Virus record (IMG/VR): IMGVR_UViG_3300046170_000009
Location: 1 to 50,203 of that record
DNA from: a virus
Lineage: Duplodnaviria > Caudoviricetes
Strand: one strand, 5' to 3'
Length of the DNA: 50,203 bases
Part shown: piece by piece, positions 9,656 through 20,000 of the stretch
Numbering within the stretch: the stretch's first letter is position 1
How the letters are laid out: the number at the start of each line of letters is the position of its first letter
Notes under the pieces: generated by a model
The model's input: the letters and a program-made list of their open reading frames with translations, nothing else
Told to the model about the DNA's origin: nothing
Databases searched by the model: none
Program-made: the position numbers and the translations under genes

Positions 9656-10524
9656 AACTTGACACATTAGTTGACGATATATATGGACAGCTTGGTAAGT
9701 TATTTGAAGGCAAAGCATTTAATTTATCAGATGAAGATCTGGACATGACCGCATCACGTATCAAAGATTCCCTTCTGGCTTGGGCTAGACCATCAGAAAG
9801 AAACTCAGAGTTCTCTCTGCGTATGTCTAATGTTGGTCGGCCTGCCAGACAGCTTTGGTATGAGCAGAATATACCCACAGAAAGCACAACGCCTCATCCA
9901 TCTTTACAGATAAAGTTTCTTTATGGTCACATCCTAGAAGAAATTCTTTTGATGCTTGTTCGTGCCGCAGGACACAATGTCACTGACGAGCAAAAAGAAA
10001 TTACAGTCAAAGGTATTAAAGGCCACATTGATTGTAAGATTGATGGTGAAGTGGTTGATGTAAAGACTGCATCTAAGTTTGCATTCAATAAATTCCGTGA
10101 GGGTCGCCTAGCTGAAGACGATCCTTTCGGATACATGTCACAGCTTGCAGGCTATGAGGAGGCTGAGAAGTCTTCTGAGGGAGGCTTCCTTGTTATTAAC
10201 AAAGAGAGTGGGGAGCTATGTCTTTATCGCCCAGAAGAGCTTGACAAGCCTGCTATTGACCAACAAATACAAACTGTAAAGAAAGCCTTGAAGTTGGCTA
10301 CGCCTCCACCACGGTGCTATGAGTCTGTGCCAGAAGGCAAGAAAGGTAATATGAAAATACATCGCAACTGTAATTACTGTGCTTATAAGTTTGAATGCTA
10401 CAAAGATGCTAACAATGGTACAGGGCTTAGAGTTTTTAAATATTCTAATGGGCCGACGTACCTGACCCACGTAGAAGTTGCGCCAAGAGTTGAGGAGGTG
10501 TTTAATGAATCGACGCCTTTCTAA
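9652..10524 (+). CDS. PD-(D/E)XK (Cas4-like) exonuclease
   Basis: LRMSNVGRPARQLWY, GHIDCKIDGEVVDVKTAS, QLAGY, C-terminal CNYCAYKFEC. Confidence 0.8.
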   Translation: MKLDTLVDDIYGQLGKLFEGKAFNLSDEDLDMTASRIKDSLLAWARPSERNSEFSLRMSNVGRPARQLWYEQNIPTESTTPHPSLQIKFLYGHILEEILLMLVRAAGHNVTDEQKEITVKGIKGHIDCKIDGEVVDVKTASKFAFNKFREGRLAEDDPFGYMSQLAGYEEAEKSSEGGFLVINKESGELCLYRPEELDKPAIDQQIQTVKKALKLATPPPRCYESVPEGKKGNMKIHRNCNYCAYKFECYKDANNGTGLRVFKYSNGPTYLTHVEVAPRVEEVFNESTPF

Positions 10525-10774
10525 AAAAATAAATCAAAAAACAATTGACATCTTTCTTGAATGGCTCAGTAGTGTTATATCGGAAGAGCAAGCCTCTCAG
10601 ATTGTACGCAAGAACTACAAAGAATATGTTCCTGAGAATGCTTATTACTGGAGCAAACACACCATTTTAAATTCTGTGTTTTCGCCACGTTGGGTTAAGC
10701 GTAAATTAAAAAGAAAGCTTAGACAAAACCCACAGAAAAAGCTAGACAGTTACTGCATGAATGACTTAAAATGA
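10505..10774 (+). CDS. hypothetical basic protein
   Basis: GAGGAGG RBS before ATG 10505. Confidence 0.65.
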   Translation: MNRRLSKKINQKTIDIFLEWLSSVISEEQASQIVRKNYKEYVPENAYYWSKHTILNSVFSPRWVKRKLKRKLRQNPQKKLDSYCMNDLK

Positions 10775-10911
10775 AAGTACTAACAATAGAGGCGTTAATT
10801 TTTTTCTGCGCCAAGCAGTTAGCAGACGAAGAAACAATAGATGATGATCTCTTGTTTGAGTTGTATACTGTATTACATTTACATTTTGAAGGGATACCAA
10901 CATTACATTGA
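10771..10911 (+). CDS. hypothetical protein (46 aa, not in ORF track)
   Basis: ATGA overlap upstream and TTGA overlap downstream fill the gap exactly. Confidence 0.6.
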   Translation: MKVLTIEALIFFCAKQLADEETIDDDLLFELYTVLHLHFEGIPTLH

Positions 10912-11387
10912 AACCAAAAATAAAAAAAGGGTATAGGAAGGCGCGTGTCAAACGGCCTGTCGATAAAGCACCTGTTCGTGGATATGATTCTAATTGGGAG
11001 TATGAGCTACACTCAGGCATCCTCAATGATTGGAAGATTCATTCTGAAAAGGCAGAATATATTGTCGAGCATACCTATCATCCAGACTTCATCCGCATAG
11101 TAGATGGCAAGAAAATATATCTTGAAGCTAAAGGTCGATTCTGGGATCATCAAGAATATAATAAGTATGTGTGGATCGCTAAAGCTTTACCAGAAGATAT
11201 AGAGCTAGTGTTTTTATTTGCAGATCCCAATGCTCCTATGCCACAAGCAAAGCGCCGTAAGGATGGCACAAGACGTAACCATTCTGAGTGGGCTTCTTCT
11301 AAAGGTTTTAGATGGTTTTCTGAAGATAGTATTCCAGAAAGCTGGATAGATGTTTCAAAGAGGGAGATCATGGGTGATGATGAATGA
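10908..11387 (+). CDS. T7 endonuclease I-like nuclease
   Basis: YDSNWE..YHPDF..YLEAKGRF. Confidence 0.85.
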   Translation: MKPKIKKGYRKARVKRPVDKAPVRGYDSNWEYELHSGILNDWKIHSEKAEYIVEHTYHPDFIRIVDGKKIYLEAKGRFWDHQEYNKYVWIAKALPEDIELVFLFADPNAPMPQAKRRKDGTRRNHSEWASSKGFRWFSEDSIPESWIDVSKREIMGDDE

Positions 11388-11535
11388 TCGAAAGCAAGAG
11401 CGCCTAGAAAAATTTAGTCGTCACAAAAGAAAAAAATACGAAGAAAAAGTAGACGGCAAATATAAACCAATAAAGAAAAGAAATAAATATAAACTAAATG
11501 TAAATGACTTGAATGATGTGCAAGAGTTAGAATGA
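11377..11535 (+). CDS. hypothetical basic protein
   Basis: GGGAG RBS; K/R-rich ORF coupled to the next gene. Confidence 0.55.
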   Translation: MMNDRKQERLEKFSRHKRKKYEEKVDGKYKPIKKRNKYKLNVNDLNDVQELE

Positions 11536-11711
11536 AATCGCCTTGCACAAAAGTATGTACACTTAGGGATGGGGTGTGCATTGGATGTGGAAGGAGCCTA
11601 AACGAAATAACAAACTGGTCAAAATATACCACCAAAGAAAGGAGTAATATCATTGGACGCCTATCAAGAATACATACACAAAAGTCGTTACGCACGATAC
11701 CTTCCAAGTGA
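11532..11711 (+). CDS. DUF1289-like Cys-rich protein (59 aa, not in ORF track)
   Basis: MKSPCTKVCTL..VCIGCGRSLNEITNW signature; ATGA-coupled start. Confidence 0.8.
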   Translation: MKSPCTKVCTLRDGVCIGCGRSLNEITNWSKYTTKERSNIIGRLSRIHTQKSLRTIPSK

Positions 11712-13512
11712 GGAGCGTAGAGAAACATGGAAAGAAACAATAACGCGCTACATTAAATATTGGGGAGATAAACTCAATGATGATGAGCGTGTAGAAATAT
11801 TTAAAGCTATCCACGATCTTGAGGTCATGCCGTCTATGAGGGCTTTGATGACCGCTGGTGAAGCATTAGATCGTGATAACATGGCAGGATTTAATTGTAG
11901 TTATCTTGCTATCGACAGCCCGCGTTGCTTTGATGAAATGATGTATGTTCTTATGTGCGGTACAGGTGTTGGTTATAGCGTAGAAGAACAATACGTTTCT
12001 AAACTTCCAGAGATCGCAGAGGATTTTCATGCAACAGATACAGTCATACACGTACCGGATTCAAAAGTTGGATGGGCGAAATCGTTTAGGGAATTGGTAT
12101 CGTTGTTATATTCAGGTCAAATACCAGAATGGGACACAACTAGAGTTCGACCTGCGGGTTCCTCGCTCAAAACTTTTGGAGGTAGAGCAAGCGGCCCAGA
12201 ACCTCTTATCGACCTCTTCAAATTTACAGTTAGATTATTTACGGGAGCGGCTGGACGAAAGCTTACGTCCCTTGAATGCCACGATCTTTGCTGTAAGATT
12301 GCTCAAATCGTCGTCGTCGGAGGAGTCAGACGATCAGCTTTAATTAGTTTATCTGATTTATCAGACGATGCACTACGACAAGCAAAGCATGGAGCATGGT
12401 ATAATACTGAGGCACAGCGTGGCCTTGCAAATAACAGTGCTTGTTATAATAGCAAGCCTTCTTTTGAATTATTTTTAGATGAATGGAGAAGTCTTTATGA
12501 ATCAAAAAGTGGAGAACGAGGAATCTTCAGTAGAGCCGCAAGTCAAAAACAAGCTTCAAGAAATGGTAGAAGAGATAGTGAAAGAGATTTCGGTACGAAT
12601 CCCTGTTCCGAAATTATATTACGAAAATCCCAAACTTGCAACCTTTCAGAAGTTGTCGTCAGACCGGAAGATACGGCTAGATCTCTTGGGAGAAAAGTAC
12701 GTCTTGCAACTATCTTGGGTACTCTCCAAGCTACCCTCACGGACTTCCGATACCTCAGAGGAATCTGGAAAGCCAACACCCAAGAAGAGGCGCTCTTAGG
12801 AGTAAGCCTTACAGGTATTCTTGACAATCCTTTGCTTACTCTTGAGAACAAAGATCTTGATGGACTGCTTGAAAACTTACGTGACATAGCTATTGAAACA
12901 AATAAAGAGTGGGCAGAACGCTTAGGTATTTCTCAGAGTACAGCCATTACCTGTGTTAAGCCCAGCGGCACAGTCTCTCAGTTAGTTGATTCTGCATCAG
13001 GCATCCACGGACGCTATGCACCATATTATATTCGTCGTGTTAGAGCAGACATGCGTGACCCCCTGTGTGCTGTCTTAGAAGACGCTGGAGTGCCTTGTGA
13101 GAAGGATAGTTTTTCACCCAGTACTAAGGTATTCTCCTTCCCTAAGAAGGCTCCAGAGAGCGCTGTGTTTGCCTCAGAGCAGACAGGGATGGAACAGTTA
13201 GAGTTGTGGGCTAAGTACCAGAAGCATTGGTGTGAACACAAGCCTAGCATCACTGTATATTATCGTGACTCAGAGTTTTTGGAGATCGGTAATTGGGTAT
13301 ACAACAACTTTGATGATATATCAGGTATATCTTTTTTACCGTATGACGAACACAGCTATGCTCAAGCACCATATGAGCAAATAACAGAAGAGCAATACAA
13401 TGAAATGGTTGAAGGATTTCCAACAGAGTTTGATTGGAATCTTAATGAGGCTGATGATTTTACTGAAGGAGCCCAAACACTAGCCTGTGTTGGTGGGGCT
13501 TGCGAACTCTGA
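11653..13512 (+). CDS. nrdJ: class II adenosylcobalamin-dependent ribonucleotide reductase
   Basis: HKSRYAR, MPSMRAL, FNCSY, GGVRRSALI, TNPCSEI, TCVKPSGTVS, C-terminal CVGGACEL; TTG start with AAGGAG; no beta subunit gene. Confidence 0.92.
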   Translation: MDAYQEYIHKSRYARYLPSEERRETWKETITRYIKYWGDKLNDDERVEIFKAIHDLEVMPSMRALMTAGEALDRDNMAGFNCSYLAIDSPRCFDEMMYVLMCGTGVGYSVEEQYVSKLPEIAEDFHATDTVIHVPDSKVGWAKSFRELVSLLYSGQIPEWDTTRVRPAGSSLKTFGGRASGPEPLIDLFKFTVRLFTGAAGRKLTSLECHDLCCKIAQIVVVGGVRRSALISLSDLSDDALRQAKHGAWYNTEAQRGLANNSACYNSKPSFELFLDEWRSLYESKSGERGIFSRAASQKQASRNGRRDSERDFGTNPCSEIILRKSQTCNLSEVVVRPEDTARSLGRKVRLATILGTLQATLTDFRYLRGIWKANTQEEALLGVSLTGILDNPLLTLENKDLDGLLENLRDIAIETNKEWAERLGISQSTAITCVKPSGTVSQLVDSASGIHGRYAPYYIRRVRADMRDPLCAVLEDAGVPCEKDSFSPSTKVFSFPKKAPESAVFASEQTGMEQLELWAKYQKHWCEHKPSITVYYRDSEFLEIGNWVYNNFDDISGISFLPYDEHSYAQAPYEQITEEQYNEMVEGFPTEFDWNLNEADDFTEGAQTLACVGGACEL

Positions 13513-13739
13513 TGCCGTTAAAAGATGCAACAATAATAGGCTTCCGTGTACTAGTAGATTCAGAAGGCTTGATAATGACTGAGCAAACTGAATTACCGGA
13601 TGAACATATACCAAAAGCCTTCAAGGAAGAAGAAGCTCAAGTATTAATTCGTGCGGCTATTAGATCCTTTAAAGAAATTACGGGGGATATACACGTTAAA
13701 TTAGAGTCAGAGCTAGATGCTATTAACAGGGTTTGCTGA
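13512..13739 (+). CDS. hypothetical protein, last gene of the + arm
   Basis: TGATG coupling with the RNR stop. Confidence 0.65.
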   Translation: MPLKDATIIGFRVLVDSEGLIMTEQTELPDEHIPKAFKEEEAQVLIRAAIRSFKEITGDIHVKLESELDAINRVC

Positions 13740-14019
13740 CATCCATTGCAGATGTAATTAAACCGCCTGTATTAGCCCTGTGGCGAGCAGTTTTCTTTGC
13801 AATCTTTTTAGGTTGCTTTGAAAATTGCTTGCCTTTTTTTGTGTCTTCTCTTTTCTTTGCGGAAGTAGCCGCATACTCCGCTGAAGATAAAGAATCTCTA
13901 GCACTCTTAGGAAGATAGCGTTCTCCTGTAGCCTTTGACCCCTGTGTTGAAGGCTTACCAGACTTAGTACCCCAATCTTCTTTTGTCCAATCAGCTAAAG
14001 ACTTTTGAGATTTTTTCAT
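13723..14019 (-). CDS. basic protein resembling the C-terminal part of DUF5872
   Basis: QKSLADWTKEDW..GERYLPKSA motif. Confidence 0.65.
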   Translation of the reverse strand: MKKSQKSLADWTKEDWGTKSGKPSTQGSKATGERYLPKSARDSLSSAEYAATSAKKREDTKKGKQFSKQPKKIAKKTARHRANTGGLITSAMDVSKPC

Positions 14020-14243
14020 TTATAACCGCCGCCTTTTTCTTTGTATTGTTTAGCAAGCATCTGTGCTTTACGTGCAGACCACTGCCCCGGCTTACCCCCT
14101 TTGCTACCCGCTTTAATCTTTTCAAATAAGCGTTTACGCATTGTCGGCTTAGTGTAGTTACCTGCTTCGTTAACTTTACTTTTCTTTTTTGCTTTGCCGC
14201 CCTTTTTAAAAGGGTCACGATCTAAATCAAAAATACTTTGCAT
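14016..14243 (-). CDS. basic protein resembling the N-terminal part of DUF5872
   Basis: YTKPTMRKRLFEKIKAGSKGGKPGQWSARKAQMLAKQYKEKGGGY motif. Confidence 0.7.
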   Translation of the reverse strand: MQSIFDLDRDPFKKGGKAKKKSKVNEAGNYTKPTMRKRLFEKIKAGSKGGKPGQWSARKAQMLAKQYKEKGGGYK

Positions 14244-14620
14244 TAGCCATGTTCCATATCTGATATAGACTTATAAGAAACTTTACCACCTTTAGCTCTA
14301 GCTGTACGATCAAAGTCTCCGCGAGAGAGGTTAGGATTAGCTGACGAAAGCCTTTCTAGATCTTGGACAGCCGCACCCCTTATCATTTTTTGTTCTGCTA
14401 AAGCTGGATTACTTTGCCCTTTGTTTGAGTTAGGGTTGGGCGGTTGATTAGCCGCGTTCTGTGCGGCAGTAACAGCGTGTTGTGGTATTGTTTTTCCTGT
14501 AATAGCCTTGGTTGCTACATTAGCGGCTCCATAAACCATGCCTGCTGGAGAGCGTTGTATAGCCGCTCCAATAAGCCCAGACATTGGGTTAGTAAATATA
14601 TTTACAAGTTGCTTACTCAT
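14243..14620 (-). CDS. hypothetical late protein with C-terminal AKGGKV tag
   Basis: GGAG RBS; coupled ORF. Confidence 0.65.
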   Translation of the reverse strand: MSKQLVNIFTNPMSGLIGAAIQRSPAGMVYGAANVATKAITGKTIPQHAVTAAQNAANQPPNPNSNKGQSNPALAEQKMIRGAAVQDLERLSSANPNLSRGDFDRTARAKGGKVSYKSISDMEHG

Positions 14621-14621
14621 T

Positions 14622-14888
14622 TTAATCTCCCGGTGGAAAGCCTAACATCTTCTCATTTGAAATTATCCAAGCCTTTGGGATTGCCAGTTCTGCATCACCC
14701 TGTACAGGCTTACCATCTTCTAAAAGCATATGAGGACATATAATTATTATGTCATCGTCTTCGTGTATTACTATTCCGCATGAAACTGCTATGGCGGTTG
14801 TGATTTGTTTTAGTTCGCTAATGTCTCTCCAGCCTGTGTTAGCACCTCCAGAGGCATCGTGCCATACAACTTTGTGTATCGTTACCAC
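14622..14888 (-). CDS. conserved hypothetical phage protein
   Basis: VVWHDA..W..SCG..IPKAWI pattern; GTG start. Confidence 0.65.
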   Translation of the reverse strand: MVTIHKVVWHDASGGANTGWRDISELKQITTAIAVSCGIVIHEDDDIIIICPHMLLEDGKPVQGDAELAIPKAWIISNEKMLGFPPGD

Positions 14889-17039
14889 TTGACCTTATCA
14901 GCCCAGTAAGCCGCTGACATATTGCCACGCTTGATGTTCTTTCTGTGACGGGCCTTTGAAGCTCTTGCGCTTGGCTTTCATACGCTTAGATTCACCAGCC
15001 TTTGGCTTGCCAGCAGTCTTAGCACCTTGCTCACCAAAACGGATTATCTTTTCTTTACCGTCTTTGCAGGCTTTGACAACGTGAGACTTTTTAGGGTGGC
15101 TGGCTGTGCGCTTAGGCTTGTTACAGGCCATCTTCTTCTTGTCGATCTTGCCGCCCTTTGCCATACGCTGTTTTATTCGGCCCTCATAACGATCACTGTA
15201 TTCGGCTAGAGTAGGTAAATTATCAAACTGCTCACGAGTTATTCCCAAATCTTTTGCGCTTCCTAAGCCAATTCTAAATGACGGGCCGCTCGCAGGAGGG
15301 TTAAAGACTTCTCCAACAGAGTGCGCTAGACCATATGCAGAAATATCATCCGAAAAATATTGACCTGTTCTATCTGCCAAGAACTTAATTTTATCTACTA
15401 AAGATTTTTCTGAAATATTTTCAGGGCTATTAAAATCAAATTCATCAGCAACAACAACACGATCACCATCCCTAACTATTTCTGCTTTACCTAAAGTAAA
15501 TTTCAAAGCTTGAAAAGGATCAGTTACAATATCTGTGGGTGTTTCCATACTGTATCCAAGCTTAGAGCCAGCGTCCCTGTTATAGTCTTTATAAGAAAGC
15601 CCTGTACGACCACGATCTATAGCGCCTTTAGCAAGACCTTTTAAAGTATTGTGTTCATCAACCCTTAAAAAATCTTCTTTTAAAACAGGACTAGAAAATA
15701 AACCTGCCACAAAAGTTTTAATAGGGGTGGAGGTTAATAAACTAGCAGGCGCTTCTGTGCGCTCTCTAGTAGGCCGCTGACGGCTTCTTGTCATAAGACT
15801 TCGGCTTTCTGTAGGCGCGGCTTTTGTACTTCTAGCCGCCGCCGCTCTTATACCAACGCGCTCTGGCTCTTCTCTCTGTACAGGCTTTCTTACTTCACGC
15901 CTAGCAGGTTGAGCTTGAGGTCTAGCTTCTGCTCCTAAAACTAATGTATCACCAGCGCGAATAAAGTCTGGGTTTTCTATGTTGTTTAGTTTAACAAGAT
16001 CAGAAACACTCACTCCCGTTTCTTTAGAGATTTTAGAAAGCGTATCACCGCTTTTAATTTTTCTAGTGACTGCCCCGCCTTCGGCACTAGCTGTGCGTTT
16101 TGGGGCGATGCTTTCCGTAAAAAGATTTTCATAATCTTCATCTGCCAGCATACCGGCTGTAGAAGCCCCTATCAAACCATAGACTTCAATTTTGTCATAG
16201 ACAGGATGTTTCTTGCCGCGAACAGATATCTCACCTACCTTATTACCTAGATGTACGTTACCCTTTTTTGTTGGCCTTAGTCTTGGTTCAGACTTAGACT
16301 TTTCATATCTCGTAAGCTCAACGCCTTCAGGGAATTCTGCCTGAAGAGTGTAGTAATGTTGCTTACCGTCCTCAACAGAAACAAGCGGGAAACTGGAGGG
16401 CGGTTCAGGATTAAACCCGTTAGGAACCTGTGTCCATCTCCAGCCTGCTTTCTTTTTAAACAAATTGGTCTTAATCTTTCTACCATCTGTGCGTGTTTCG
16501 CCCTCCAACAAAGCCTTAGAGACTTGCATGACCGGCTTGCCTTCTGGTGTAACGCCAATCAAAGCTCTTTGAGGAAACTCTCCTGTGATATCTTTTGGGC
16601 CTTCCCCACCCATTTCAAGATATCTGCCTCCGGGTTGCTCTCCCATATCACCTAAGAACGGCTTGAAGGCTTTGTCTTCTGGGTCAAAAAATCTTTGAGG
16701 TGCAGGCATCACATTTCTGCTTGGTAACTTAGCGTTGTTTATTTTTGCGGCATGATAAGCATCACGCATATCTGGATTACCAGAAAAGAGTTTGTTTTCT
16801 ACCTCCAAGTACATCCCAAGGTTGGGGTCTAAGTTTACATCAGCCTTAAAGTTAGGATCATCAGTGACCATAGCCTTTGTCATTCTAAGCAAATAGTCCT
16901 GACCGTCTTTACTTTCTAAACCTTTAGTGGTTACAACCTCATCTACTTGAGCACTGATAGCCTTTTGTATGTCAGTATCTTTAAACATATCACCAGTAGC
17001 CTTTACAACTTGTTTTGCAATCATACTAGCTAGGCTCAT
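14882..17039 (-). CDS. multidomain putative internal virion protein with LysM domain; probable 1-nt frameshift near 14955
   Basis: KIKSGDTLSKIS..VSDLVKLNNIENPDFIRAGDTL is a LysM pattern; removing one base near 14955 gives the ending FKARHRKNIKRGNMSAAYWADKVKW* at 14882. Confidence 0.75.
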
Positions 17040-20000
17040 TACTTAACTCTCCCCAATAGACTACGCTCTTCAACGTCTACAAAAGCCTCTCCAGCTTGCT
17101 CATCGTAAGGCAACCCTGTCATCTTATCTATTCGCTGGTCAGGCTCTTCTGGAGCATTAGGAACATCTAAAACTTCACCGCCCTTTTTAAAGTTTCTTGT
17201 TTCCTTCTCAGGTTTTATGGCATCTACAAAATCTCTATCCATTTTTCCGAGCGCGCTTTTATAATCTTTCATAGTCTCTTCACCAAGGATAGGCCTACCA
17301 AGTCCATAAAACGGAACTTTAGTACCTAGCGTCCTGATTGGAGATCTAAAGGCAGTCGCGCTTGCTAAATCGTTGAATGTCGGCCCCACAAAGCCTAAAG
17401 GTATTCCCATTGCGCCCATGTATTCTGTATTCTTTCTTGCTCTGTTGACTTGATCTAACAAGATACCGCTACCACCCCAACGGATTAAAGCGTCAAAGCC
17501 TACTTCCATAGGTTCTTTATCCTTAAATCCTTCACCCCTTGTTCGCATATAGTTAGTGGCTCCTGCAACCGCTGTCATAGCCAGTGCAGTAGGTACAAGT
17601 TTTTCAGCCGCAATGTCTTTATCACGAATCAACCTCTTAGCACCACGCTTTAAAATGTTGTTGGAAAAAGCAGTAGGGTATCCCATCAATTGAAATATAA
17701 GACTGCCAGTGGGCGTTGTGTGCGCTCTAGGCTTTAGTCCAGACATCCGCGTAGGCTGAAGAATAAGTTGGTTTGTGTACCTTGCCGCACCCTTAGTAAT
17801 TTGCTGATAGAAAGGATCTTCAATATTCCTACCACCATCAACCCATGCCTTAGCATCTTTAATATCCACACCAAACTCTGCAAGATCATCAAGCTTACTT
17901 TGCATCCTTCTAGTTATCTTTGCATCGCCGTGCTTTACAACATCATCAACAAGATTAGAAATATGTCGCTTGCCTGTTTGAAAGGACACGTTCTGTACAA
18001 ACTTTGTCCACTGGTCTAGAAGCGTAACCCTAAAAAACTTATTGCTGGCTTGTTGCATACCAGAACTAGATACCATATCTCCTGCCAAGCGATCAGCCAT
18101 AGACTCTAGTTGTTGCTCCATCACAAGACCAAACTCTTGCATCTCGTGCCAAGCTTCTTCAGGCGTCAAACCAAAATCATCAATCAACTTCTTATGTGCA
18201 TCTTCAGTCATTGTCTTCATGCCGGTATTATGAGCATTTAAAAAGTCATCAATATCGGCTTTGTTCTTTGCACCTGACATCTTCCAAGCGGCCTTGAAAC
18301 CATCTATTGTCGCGCCTCCTGCAACACCAAAGTTCAACATAATCTCTGTAAAACTTGACAGTGTGGCAAGAGGTAGTAAAGCGAATCTCTGGACAAGCTG
18401 AGTAAACTGATTAACATCTCCTGCTGATTCAGCGCCTTCTCCCGTAATTGTTTTATAGAGATCAGCCAAGCGCCTTGCATCTGCTCCAGAGTCAGCCCAA
18501 GTACCACCACCATCAACTACTTCTTGGCGTATGGGCGTAATCCACTTATCTTCAAACTCTGATAAATTCTTTATACCAAAAACCCTACGCTTTGCGAGTC
18601 CCATACCAGCCTGAGTCATATAGTTAAAAAATGTTTGCTGTACATCTGTATTTAAAAACTTTTCAAACTTAGAATCATCTGTTATCTTATTGAATGTTCT
18701 GTGCGTACTAAAAAAGAAACCGCTGGAACCAGAAGAAAGCTGATTATTTTTGTTTAACATTTCAGAGACAATACGTCTTGCATCCTTCATGTTCTCTGCT
18801 TCACCAGCATTTATAAGTAGTTGACCAAACCCATCCCTGTCGGCTTCAATAGCAGATCTTCTCCATTGTCGAGGTATATAATTATCTACAACATTGTCAA
18901 TGAGCCCTTCTCTATGTAGCTGTTCACCGGCAACCCTGTAAATATTTTTAATACTCAGAGCAGATTTGTTTATTGCCTCATCATCAGAAGCCATTCCTCG
19001 CATAGCCAGAGATAGCTGGTCGTTGACTTGCTCTATGTTGACATCAAATTTCTTAGACGATAGTGGTAATACAGCCCGTATATATTCTCTAAAGAAAGAG
19101 CCTGTGATATCTCTTTGGGCTTCTGCAAAGTCCTCTTGAATTAATTTTTGCCCTTGTTGACCAAATATGCCTTTAGTTGGATCTGTTCCTAAAGCAAACT
19201 CATTACTAACTTTCTCTTGTAATAGCTTTGCAGTCGGAGAGATTTTAGAATAGGGTGTAAGAAAACCAGCGGCTTTTCCAAAAAGATAATAAGAAGTAAA
19301 CCGGGACAGTCCTTTTTCTAGGCTATAAAGAAGATCACTTTTTACCGTTTGCTCATCAGCACCCCGTGACGCCGCCGCAATAGCATCATCAACAAGCTTT
19401 TCGTATGTCGCATCTCCACCACCTAGATTTTCTACAAGGCTTCGTAGCTCTGGTATGTCAGCAACCTCATCACCTTTTGTTTGCTGAACATTTTTTATTG
19501 TGGCAGATAATATATTTTCAAAGTTGATAGCGGCTTTACTAGCACCAGACTGCTCTTTCAAGACACCATTAATAGCATCTTCTAAGTTTTGAAGTGTTTG
19601 ATTTCTAACAACCTCAGACTCAAGCAGTTCTTTTATTTTCTGTGACGGGTCGGGTTCTCCTAAAGCCTTTTGTATTGCAAGCCTAAAGTTCTTAGGAGCA
19701 TCCACCCTTGACTGTACTAGGTTGGCTACGCTCTGCCTAAAGTTCTCTCCGGGGGTATCTACAAGCTCCCTTAGAGAGTTTGCAAATAGCTGTGCTGGTA
19801 TAGATGCCTTCTCCTCAACTGGTAGGAATTTTGCGCCTACTTTAGCCAAACCATAACCACCCGCCGCGCTAAGTCCTGTTGCTAAAGCAGTTTGTATTGG
19901 GCTATATTCTTCCCTTAAACCAGTAGTTGTTTCTAAACTTTGTGTAGCTATATCTGAACCCGCTCCAAAAGCTCCTGTATATGCCGCCACTGCTCCCGGC

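Noticed and set aside
9652-10524. Cas4-like nuclease as evidence of a CRISPR-Cas system
   Set aside because: Stand-alone PD-(D/E)XK exonucleases are routine in phage replication modules; no cas1/cas2 or array
10545-10575. Internal TTGACA as a middle promoter
   Set aside because: No convincing -10 box at 16-18 nt spacing
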